From Tubiluchus corallicola (taxonomy: Eukaryota; Animalia; Priapulida): a stretch of DNA of 64,000 nt. Under the pieces are notes generated by a model. The model saw nothing but the letters and a program-made list of their open reading frames with translations. It searched no databases and was not told the DNA's origin. A program made the position numbers and the translations under genes. Numbering within the stretch: position 1 is the stretch's first letter; each line of letters starts with the position of its first letter. Shown here piece by piece: positions 52,343 through 64,000 of this stretch. The DNA lies in NCBI GenBank assembly GCA_030141605.1, contig JAQGDQ010000015.1, forward strand, positions 682,001 through 746,000. Reading direction: 5' to 3'.

Positions 52343-53532
52343 GTAAGTTGTGTTGTTGTCTTTAACTCTTTTTTTTGAATTATGATTACGATATTGTACG
52401 CTGTGTTGATTTAATGTTATTTCTAGGCCGAATTGAATTGCCCACTTGCTGCGTCATCAGCGTCAAGTAAATCCCAGCTTGTATAGATCCGTTTTGAATA
52501 ATTTAATTCATTATAAAAGTTCATGAATCTTTGATTACGTACATTACGTGAATCGCTTGTCAGCACACGTGTATACTGACGACCTAGTAGATTTCTGTCT
52601 AACACAGAAACTTTACGGTATATTTGTGGACATAGGTCGTTGTACTTTAATGTTTACTTAGTGTTCTATATTCTAGTTGTTAAAGAGCAAACGACCGTGA
52701 TAAGATTAACTTGATCACTCAGTATCGAGTTGAATTTAACATTTTTTGAATGATGTGTGCATTTGCTCATATGTAGCTTATGAGCATTTGCTTATCTAAT
52801 ACATACATTCATTTATTGATTCATTGATTTCATTGATTGAATTTTTTGTTGATGGGTGATAATGTAGAGGGAGGGGCAGCAGCAGCAACACTGGTACCAA
52901 TAGAATTGTTACTTCGCTAGCAGTTTTTCGACTTTCCTTTTTTATTTTTTCCACACTCATGCACATTACATTTTAAACGTTAGTTTTTTTACTTTAATAC
53001 TGTATATCTGCAAGTTGGTTAAAACTGCCCCAAACTGTGATATAATTCAATTTTAGTGCAGTAAAACCGGCTACATGCAGGCCGTACTGTGCAATAACGG
53101 GGTGATGAATTATAGCATGTCATTTCCCGAACGCTTTTTATTGTAGTTTTATTTGTTGGTGCATTAAAGCCATATTACAATATTTCACCTGTGCAGACAA
53201 CCAAAACTCATATCCGGCTCTAAACGCTGATATTTCGCTGTTGCTAGGTAAAAAACCAATATTACCCCAGCATTAGTTTGTCTAGACTGGCACTTTTTAT
53301 CGTTTCAGTCGAATGAACTCTTTGCCAAGCCTTTTTACTCTTTGCTATATATAAGAACTCTTATGTCATACACGCAGTAGCGTAGTTTTTACTTTTGATG
53401 TTATAAGCAGAAGTTTTTTTTTATTTTAGGAAATGTAAGCCCCTGCACTGGGTTAGCCTTCCTTCAATTTCTTTTCAGTTTTAGTTTTATTTAGGACAAA
53501 ATGTGTTTTACGAACAAAAGTTTATCCTCTTT

Positions 53533-53780
<248 letters not shown>

Positions 53781-54947
53781 CTCTCTATCTATCTCGAAAG
53801 TTTTGTCAAGTACTTTCTCTGGAACAACTTAGTGAGCTTGCGTGACATTGCCTTTGGTCACCTTAACATTATGACATTGGGCAAGGCTGGGAAAGGACAT
53901 TTAATTTAATTAATTGAATGCATCTCAGCCTATCATGTTTAGCAGCTCAGTTAGAATTTCTCTCTGATGAGGACGCGTGTATTAGACACGAGAACCGCGA
54001 AGTAAACGCAGAGAAGAGAAGGAATGAAAGCAAACACCAGCGCATTGATGAAAATTAAAAAAATCACATTCACTGTTTATATGAGACGGCTGGTATTGGG
54101 ATTTTAAATGACGCATTACCTTGGTAATGTTTATAACTCGTCCTTCGTTTGCCCTTCAAACGCGCAGATCTGCAACCAAATGCGCGAGATTGCAAATATC
54201 ATCTCAAAATAAACGCTTAATGACTAGACTTGTTTGCTATAAGCTTATTGAGTATGCGATGAAGCCAACTGGAACGTCCACACCTGTCCGCCCAGCGGGG
54301 TGCGTGCTGCACGTTACCTGTTACACGTACCTGTTACAAAAACCAGGGAAACGAATAAGCCCTTGAACCCACCTCCTCATCCTCCAACCACCCATAAAAA
54401 ATTGAGAAAGTGATGAATAGAAATGGAGCCGGCAAAGCAGAAGACGCAGTAATGCATTCTCTGCTGCTGCGTTTGTCAGTCATTGAAACTTTGTTTCCAT
54501 TTTTGGGTTATTCGCTTGCGTACTCGCTCTGTAAAGAGGTCTGTTTCGCCGTGATATTGTTTTCGTTCTTGCTATCGATGTTCTTCGTGTAATAAGTTTT
54601 TATCGGTTTTATTGTGACGTAACAATAGAGTTCTCTGTTCTCTGTATTTTAATTTTTGCTACCCAATTGCTGTTCCACAAGGAATGAGTTCTGGAAAGAG
54701 GTTTAGCATTTGCAGAAATGTTGTAAATGGGGTTAGGTTTTTAATTTTACTATAGTGTGTTATGAGTGTCTTAGTGTTGTGCATTCGAGCCATTCCATTT
54801 ATAAGTGGAGCGTCTTAAATATGTTTGTCTGATGTCAAGCTCTTGATGATGATGATGATGATGACATCTTGAAGTTAAATTGTTTTTTGCTAAATAAATA
54901 GTATCTAACGTAGCAAATTTCTCTTAAACTTGATTGTGCACTTGATT

Positions 54948-55220
<273 letters not shown>

Positions 55221-55224
55221 GTAG

Positions 55225-56960
55225 GATACTTCAGATAATGCAAATGGCAAAGTGCTTAAAGATTTCACTTGTGCAAATAACAGCAAAGTAACTTTTTTTG
55301 CTCCATCGTCGAGCACTTTTCGCTCCGGTACTGGTGCAAGTACAATCGATTTAATAATTTCAACTGATAAAATGGCAAATATAGTGTTAAATCAATATGT
55401 GGACTGTGAGGTCGAGTTGTTTAGTGGCGCCCCCTTAATGGGACATTATCCTGTGATATCCAGCTTTAATACGTCGCAAGCAAATTTGGCAGAAAAGAAA
55501 CATGTGTTCGACATTAAGGGTAGCAATTGGACAGAATGGTCACGTAACTTAGACGAGCGCTTGATGGCAAACGACGTAGTCTTTAATAACTTGTTATTAT
55601 CCAATGACGTCATTAGTATGTGGCACTGGTTTAGAGAAACTATTGCCGAAAGTAATATGTTGGCTCTAAAACGTAAAGTTATCTGTGCTCACAGTAAACC
55701 GTTCTGGACTGCAGAGCTATCACGGTTATCAAGACTTGTTCGACTCAGCAGGAAGAAGTTCAAAAGACACTCAAGCTACGAAAATAAACTCATCTATATT
55801 ACTGACAAAGAAAACTTTGATAGTGAACTTAGTAGTGCTATGAATAGATGGCTACAGAGCAAGACAGAAAAACTAAATGTAGAAAAAGGTGCCATCTTCT
55901 GGAAAACATATAAACAAATTTTTAAAGGTGTAAATAGCAATAATAATAATAGTGTTGATATATTAATTAGTAATGGCTCACCTGTAGTCTCGGCCTCGGA
56001 TAGTGCTGATTTATTATATAAGACTTTTTTTAGTGGGGAACACATGAACGCGGAAGAATTTGATGAAAACTGGAAAAATCACATTGAACGCTCATTATCA
56101 GTTATGGACTGGGAACAAAACGAAAATTTTTGTCTAAATAACTGGTTTAATTTACAAGAATTAGAAAATGCAGTAAGTGAAGTGCGAACTGAAGGCAAGT
56201 CGCTTGACTCCGATGGGTTTCACCCAAAAATGATAAAACATTTTGGGCCAGTCGCAAAAAATATTGTATTACGTATCGCAAATATGTGCTTAGAAAATCA
56301 ATTATGGCCTTGGACGTGCACGAAAGTAATTCCACTAAAAAAACCTAACAAAATCGATTATTCAAATGCCAGTAATTATCGTCCAATAACCATTTCTTCG
56401 TATGTAGGTAAACTTGTTGAGCGTTTAATATCAAATAGACTTAAAAATCATTTCTTTCAGTTAAACTGCATTGATACAGAGCAAGAAGGCTTCATAAAAG
56501 GCAAAAATACAGTACGTTATTTAACCAGATTAGTTACTGATATGGAAGACGACATTTTGAATAATGCATACGGTATAACAATTTGCTGTGATTACGAAAA
56601 AGCGTTCGACAGTGTTTGGGTTGAAGGTTTATTATTTAAACTTATTTGTGCAAATGTACGAGGGTCTATGCTACGCCTTATAGCATATATATTACAAAAT
56701 CGCAATATCTGCATAAAGATAAATGATTATATGTCCGATCAATATCGATGCAATTTAGGACTCCCACAGGGGTCAGTTATAGCCCCAATACTGTTTATAT
56801 TTTTCATTGCAGATATGTTTTATAATATGCATGACTCTGTTAAAAAGTACAAGTATGTTGATGATGGATCTTTGCATGTGTCAAATACAGACCCGCAAAC
56901 CTGTGTTACAATTGCACAAAGCTGTTGTGATGTGCTTCACAAATGATGCCAGAAATGGGA
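55225..56960 (+). mobile_element. Non-LTR retrotransposon ORF2 fragment (end of APE endonuclease plus RT up to YVDD), jockey/I-like, truncated at both ends
   Basis: Open frame 55225-56943 with TIDL, GHYPV, KPFWT, YRPITISS, EQEGF, DYEKAFDSV, GLPQGSVIAP, YVDD; TGA at 56944 sits in K*CQKW (probable former Trp). Confidence 0.93.
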
Positions 56961-59900
56961 TGGCTTCTAAGTTTTTACTTAAGCAGAGAAATTTCAGCGA
57001 ATTGCAATACAATTTTGCATTACATAAGCGCAACCCAGGAACCGACGTCCGAAGACGTCAATGACGTAAATCTGGGGGACACGCATCAGAGTATAACTTT
57101 AAGTTCTCTTACAGGTATAATCTAGTGCAAATTAGGACTAACTATTAATACTGATATAATTCATTATCAAAACAAGACGTTTCATTATGGAACTCACTAG
57201 CAAAAAAAGTTAAGGAAATGCTTGTTTTGTCCGCCTCTAAAAGAAAACTAAAATATCATATCTTCTTAACCAGATTTTAGTATCCAAATTATCGGCACAT
57301 GGTAAAATAATTACAATAAAATTATACCCATAAACAAATTATAAAATTCTAATTCTATTGTACCCCTGCGTGATAATAGTCGTAATACTGTTATATGTTA
57401 TAAATGTATATTATCTAAATACGTATTGACCCCTCTGTTATACTAAGTTTAGTAGCACTGTATTATTAACTTTGCAACCGGCGCAGTATGTATTTTTTAA
57501 CATTTGTGATGTTAAATTTTATTCGTATATATACACTTCGGCAAGTTCAAACATCTGTCCGGCTTGTAACATCCTCTCAACTCTCAAGCCGCTGTATGGC
57601 GGCATTCTGACGTACGTCGTGACGCCATTGACCGAGCTAACGATGTTAGACTAGCATGAGTTATTTTATTTATCGACATTTTTTGTGTATATTTTAATAA
57701 TAGCTTTTATTTACACAAGTCTTTACAGAGACATTTGAAAAAGCATTTATTCATTTTTAAAAAGAGTACAGTAACGCGATACCGAATATGAATATTTTCA
57801 GTAATGGGCAATTGCTTAATAGGCAGATACCCCTACATGTACTCGTATTATTGCATTGGCAAGATATCCCACGGTACCCCTGCTACAAAACAGTTGCATT
57901 CAATGAGGAAGTCGTTGTTTTTTCTGTGACAGAACTATTATTTTTGGAGGGGGCGCGTCTATTTCTATGGTGTCATTTTATAAAAGAATCGGGAGTCTTT
58001 TACTCTATAACGACCGTCGGTAATCCTTCTTGTAACTTGATAACATGATATAACATTATTTTCTTGGCAGTTTTTTTAATAAAATTGCCACATACTTTTT
58101 TAATATAGTTGCCCTGCTTGTAATCCACTCGTTGCCTAACATAATTGCACACCTTTTCCAAATAAAACTCTTTTACATTTGGAGTGTAGTAATAAAAATT
58201 CGCTGCCATTACTATTCGCCTCATTACTTTTCATTGACTTTACGATCATTAATGGAACACTAAGTGTCGTTTGTGAAATTCATGTATGATTCACACTTTA
58301 TTTGTACTCAGTTTTGCACCTGAAAACAGAAACATCGATTATACAAACATGTAAAACAGAAATCAAACATTAACTTTACTGGATTGTAATATCATATATG
58401 AACTTAGCTGAATTGCGCATACGCTTCACAAATAAGCTTATCGGACGCTTCGAGCCTGAATCTAGGGCCGTAACTTTTTCGTTTATTTGCATATTCCTAG
58501 ACGCCATGGTCTATACTTTACAGCATTAATGTGAGTTTATTATGGCATCGCTAACGAACATGAAACGTATATAGGCCTGCAACAAAATATAGTAATTAGA
58601 TAACACTGTCAGAATATTCACTAAAGTAACTAACATATAAATGCATCGTCGTAAATCATAAGTTCCCTTGCATTATATTAGGGATGAGAGATTTAAGCCA
58701 AGTTGCTTAATTATTCAGTGAGATTACGAAAAATTGTCACTTAAAAATTATAAAAAAAATAAAAATCTGCAAGAAATACAAGCAATTTTTGCGTACTTGC
58801 ATTACCAATTGGAGGACTGAACAAAACGTAGTCAGTGACCCAGAACCCCTTTTTTCTAGCTCAAAAAGCATTTAGTAGTAGTAGTATTTCTATTGTCATT
58901 ACGACCAATAAGATTACATGTACATTTACAGTAACGATACGTGTAATGCGCAATGTTACAAACGACGCAAATATTAGTTCACAAATTTTGCTAAAGTATA
59001 ACGCAAAATACACAGCAATGGCAGTAAAAATCTTTTAACATAATAACAAAAGGGTATTAATAACCAGATAACAATTTAGCGTTGAAATTTTAGCTAACTT
59101 AACTGTCACTTACATGAATAAATTAAGAATGTCGCCTAAAAAATTTCCACAGGTCAAAGGGATTACAACGCAACAAATGGAAAATACTGGGTTCACACTA
59201 GGGTAACTTGAGTACTGGGAGGTCACAGATTTTAGTGTGGTAGCTAGTCACGTTAAGTGGATAGGTCAAGGTCAAAAGTCGGTTGCGACTAGATTTATTA
59301 AATGTTCGTAGGTTCTAAATAGGTCTAGATTTTAGTCAGTGGGCTAGTTGGTGGTTTCTGTTAATCAAGGTCAAGTATCTGTCGCAGTTGAAATACTCAA
59401 AGTGTAAAAGATGTGAAAAGCAACTTTAAGGAACCAAATCCAAAGAAACCAGTCTTTTCTGCCTTTCTGTTACTAGCGCACTCTGTGTGCCATTTGTTTA
59501 TTCCAAATGAATCATCCCTGTTATTTGTTTGAGATTTGCCAATATGCAGGTATTTGCACAAGCTTTTATTACTGAGCTAACGGGGCTTTCTAATTCTGAC
59601 TCACCCACAGAATGCTAGGTCATTTTACAAACTGATTTTCCTTCAAGATCCTTACCGACAAAAACAAGTACAGGAATAACAATAGCATATTCACAGAAAG
59701 TACGCCGCAAAATATGTTTTGAAAATGCCATTTGTAATGCATATATTATGCAAAAACAGTTAACAAATTGAAAAATAAATAGCAAGCGAACGTAAGCATA
59801 AAGAGTTAGAAAAGGATCGAACATCGACTTAAACTGTACACTAAATCGGGTTCTGGTTCTTGGCTAAACTGTTACAGAACCATTTTTTACCTGAGCCCGA

Positions 59901-60399
59901 GTCCGAGGACAGCAAAATGCCCTAACTGCTGCTTATACACGGTCCTGGATCTGCAAGTTCTGTTAACTGTTTCTGTTACGTCATGCACACTAAGACGGTG
60001 TCCGGTTGCGGTTCGGTTGGTTATCTAATTCGCTATAAGATTAATTTGATAGCATGTTTCATAGTAGTGTTATATGATACTCAAATGCATATCAGCAGGT
60101 CGCCTAAAATTTAGCAAAGTAGTTACCGGTCCTTGCTTTCGAGTAAGTCCTTGACATTGCGCTCACCCCGATATCTAGGCTTTGCTTGCGGGTTCAAACC
60201 ACTTACAGTTATTTTTAGGAAGCTGATGCAAGCATCTCTGTAAACACGTCATGCTTTATGTACCCCCTCGCACTACAACTTTTTCCACAAGTTTTCTGGA
60301 ACAAAATAAACATTTCCTCACTAGGATTTATTTGTCGAGTCGTCTTGTAGATTTAGTATCAGTTGATGTGCCAGATATGCCAGGCTTGTGACGTAATTT

Positions 60400-60740
60400 A
60401 GCCAATAATGTATGGAGCCCACTGACCATTCGTTCGCTCACCTGTTTGCTCACTTGTATAGGAATGTACGAAGATGGTTGCTTATTCTGAGCCCTTTATT
60501 TTGGAATGTGCACCGCGTAAACTATCCCCGACCCCTTCAGGGGGTTCTGTGTACCAAGCTTTGCTTTGGTGACCTTGTCCGAATGTATACTTGGTGGCTT
60601 CTCCATCGCTCTTGCCTTCTAAATAACCCGGCCTTGCTTCTCCCAGCCGTCTTGATCCTTGAAAGATATCATCCTGTAGGCTGTAACTCTTCCAGACCGG
60701 GAACAACCTAGTGCCGTAGATCTACAGGCTAGTTATGCTG
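60400..60740 (-). mobile_element. Decayed RTE-like LINE 3' fragment
   Basis: Minus-strand peptide RRQERWRSH...RSPKQSL..RTP*RGRG resembles the RTE C-terminal motif RWxGH..R.PK..L..P.G.R.RG. Confidence 0.45.
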
Positions 60741-61920
60741 TGCTCAATAATACGCAACTGTCGCAATACGAGAAAATGCTGGACTATGTCAGTTTTGTAA
60801 TGTAGTGAGTAGTGAGGTCTTACTGATATATTGGCAGCTAGTTTTTTATTACCATTTTTATAGACGTCCACTGCGCTCAAGGGATGTTATAACTTTTTTA
60901 TCCAATCCTTTCATTAAGAATAATTATATCTACGTGCTAGTAACGATCGTCGCTGTTTCCCTGCTGCTTATGTTTTAATAGCTTGATGAAAGCTTACTTT
61001 TGTGTTCTCTATACATTAGAGTTCGTTGACTCAGTAGTGTATACGATTTCACAAAAACTCTGGATGCTGATATCTGAACTTCTGGCACACGGAAGGGCGA
61101 ATCCACGTCAGGTAGTCATAATTACTAAGTACCCGGTGTCTATATATAAAGTTGCTTTTTGAATTTTACACGGTAGCGCTTTACACTGTTAAATGTAAGC
61201 TGTACAAACTGTCGGACATCATGGGTTCATAACTGTACCGTTTTGGTAAATACGTGAACTGTTTTCCTCCCTGCGTTTTGGTTTCGCCCTCCAGAAAGCG
61301 GGTCATGCAGCAGTCAGTTTTAAATCTGTGCCTCAGCTTCTTGGGATTCTATCATAGGGCCTGTATCAGTACTGCACTAATAGAATAAGTGGCCATAGCA
61401 AATAGCGTTTGTAATGCTAATATCCATTGTTAAGGCTCACTACCTACTAGATTCTAAAAATGGTTTCTGAGAAAACACGGTTTATAACTTAGCAAATATT
61501 TTACGGTCAGTTATTGAATTGTGCAATAACAGTGTTTGAAATATGGGTAGAAACCATATTACAACAAGATAAGATTTAAAAATTCCAGAAAAGGAATAGT
61601 GACAGTGCAATGAATATAATTCACATATTCACATTTTTCCTGTGCTAAATCACCGTTAGTTTTCGTTTTGCATGCTTTTGTTTTATTTCTCACAGGTGTG
61701 TTGATTCCAGAATCAGATGTCTTCAGCATTCTCAGGTTCATGAATGTGCGAATTATGACATGAGTCCCTCGGGCTTTACTCACCACACGTGGTTCTAAAC
61801 TTACGGGGTGATTCAGCGGTCGTGCTTTCCTGGCTTGTAGCCAAAATGACAAAAAATAACCAACCGTTAAATCTACAATGCACAATCTTTGTTCATCTCA
61901 AAAAGTCGAATTTCTGCGTG

Positions 61921-62010
61921 GGTTTGTTTGTTTGTTTGTTGGTCGGTTGGTTGATTGGTTTGATGGCTGATTGGTTGATTGGTTTGTTTGTTGGTTGATT
62001 GGTTGGTTGC
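61921..62010. repeat. (GTTT/GGTT/GATT)n tetranucleotide low-complexity repeat
   Basis: Direct inspection. Confidence 0.85.
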
Positions 62011-64000
62011 TTTATTAATTTCTTGTTTCGTTATAAGTTAGTGAGTTTATCCGTTCGTTCATTTGTCTTTTGCGCATAAGTTCTTTTTTTCTGTTATCAG
62101 CTTTTAACTAGTTTGATGGAGAAACGATAGAGTTATTGAGTTTATAAATTCATACAAACTTACGCTTGGCAACTATATTTATCATATTGTATACCATATA
62201 CTTTATATCAAAATAACGTAGTATTTTCAAAATAACGAAAGATTATCGAATGTAAACATAAATTTTTTGAAGACAATGTAAAGGCGTCTGACAGAAGATA
62301 CAGGACCCTTGTTTATTGCAGTTTACTCTTTTTTGGGGGACAAAATGACGCAAAACTTTGCGTTCGCGGGTAAAATGTCAGGTGGGTATATGATGGTAAT
62401 TTCACGTGATAGTCGCTATTGTATTTCATTCTGGAACTGCGCCAAATTCACGTGAGCGCCACCTGTGGGCATGCAGGTAGTTTCACGCAAAAAACACTGC
62501 AATTACAACATCCGCTGCCATTGGCATCATATGATTTTCTTCCTAATGAAAAGTACGTATATCTGCACGAGTCCGCTGTTTACACAGTGGAGTAACTTCC
62601 TAGCAAAAACTTTATAGACAAATTAATTTAGATTTTGCAAACAAAAATATATATTTAAAAAATCATATTGCTATAGATTTCTGAAAAAATATGCTTGCAG
62701 AGAACAATAGGCATAGCTACTCACTATCAACGTGCAATCCATATATGTAATTTGTTATACATTATACGATCTTGATTATTAATACGATGCTGATACAGCC
62801 TTTGATTATCGATTAAATAAGTATCCACAGCTTTAGTTTTCGCACATACTGGCATAATGACGCATTCTTCAAGTTTGTTTCTATCCTACCATACAAGCTC
62901 ATTTTCTTTCTCACATAGGAGAAAAAGATTATTATCATTAATAACTTTCTATCCAACACGTACCTTGGTTAATTGACCCATCTTGCTACGATTCAATGAA
63001 ATTTGCAGCATTTGGGTCTTGGAACATTTGGAAATTGGGAGCGAGTCCACTGCAGGTAGATAGATAGAAACCAGATATAGCTAGAAATCGTTCTATTGTA
63101 ACAGGAAACAGGCAGAATCACATCCTGGAAGTGAAGCAATTAGCAAAACACATTTATCAATGTTATTTTATTTATGGATTATCACTCTTTAGGGTGAAAA
63201 TTGGCGTTGTAAGACATTTATTTATTCTGCATCTGCGCTATTATAAATCAGCCCTGCCAGAAGAAGCGTAATTATAATGTTTACAGGTCATGGGTTTGAA
63301 TTAGATTGGGTCTAGGTCACTGAATGGGTCTAGGTAGCCTATGTTTTGTGAGCCTATTTCCACGCCAGGCATAGATCACTTGGAAGGCAGAATAATTAAT
63401 TAATTGCTGTAAGCTCTTCAAGACACCATTCCTTCTCAGATGCAAGGTACTCGTGCTGTTGCATCAGCCACATTAAGTAAGAATACACATTTCGGCTAGT
63501 CATTTTAACATGTTAGCCTTGGAACAAGGCATTACATTGCAACTTTCAAGTTATAGGCCGAATTTACGCTCAATCAGACACTAAATTTCCGCTTTCATGA
63601 TTGGTTAACGGATGGAAGTTTGCCATACCTGTATGCTATGTGCAACTTTGCAATAAAGAATTAATCGGTGAACGTTAATATGGTTTTAAACATTAAGTCT
63701 TCCAGTGTAATTGTAAGTCCGGACTCTTCAGGTACGTAACTTTTTGCTTACTGTTTGCCAAAACTTTGAACATATATGAAGCTGAGAATTCGTATTTGAA
63801 ATACGCTAAATCTGACCATCCCTTCTCTGAATTCAAGAAGTGAAACGGTATTGGCTGTTATTAAAGTTAAGTGCGTGCACATGTATTATATTCACACGGG
63901 CATGCATATTGCGTTAATTACTAACCCTAAATAAAGTAACTATCATGCAGTTATTACCTTTGCATTTACAATGCTTTTTTTGAAAATTAAGAGTTAAACG

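Noticed and set aside
52427-52466. Possible p85-like exon 11 (GRIELPTCCVISV)
   Set aside because: Phase-compatible but lacks the expected RhoGAP K..LRELP motif, and its donor is weak
53964-54010. Hammerhead ribozyme candidate (CTGATGA followed by a CGTGT/ACACG stem)
   Set aside because: No GAAA directly after stem II and no convincing stems I/III

Overview
AT-rich, intron-containing animal genomic DNA, probably a non-insect invertebrate (inferred from TTAGGG-like repeats and the gene architecture). The window holds two divergently oriented spliced genes. The first is the 5' part of the RNA polymerase I largest subunit (POLR1A/RPA1) on the minus strand: 11 coding exons from the ATG at 11266 down to 209, continuing off the left edge and including the NADFDGD active site. 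The second is a class IA PI3K regulatory subunit (p85-like) gene on the plus strand from 24781. I could trace 10 in-frame coding exons to 52342, giving SH3 - Pro-rich - C1 - SAM - C1 - RhoGAP(BH); the expected SH2 domains are not found in the window. A complete small antisense gene is nested inside POLR1A intron 4 and encodes a ~275-aa secreted, probably GPI-anchored LRR protein. Introns and the intergenic region carry a Tigger/pogo derivative, two inverted solo LTRs with TSDs, several decayed CR1/RTE LINEs, one 1.7-kb open LINE ORF2 fragment, MITE-like elements, minisatellites and microsatellites. All exon boundaries were read manually from GT-AG sites and frame continuity; no database searches were run.
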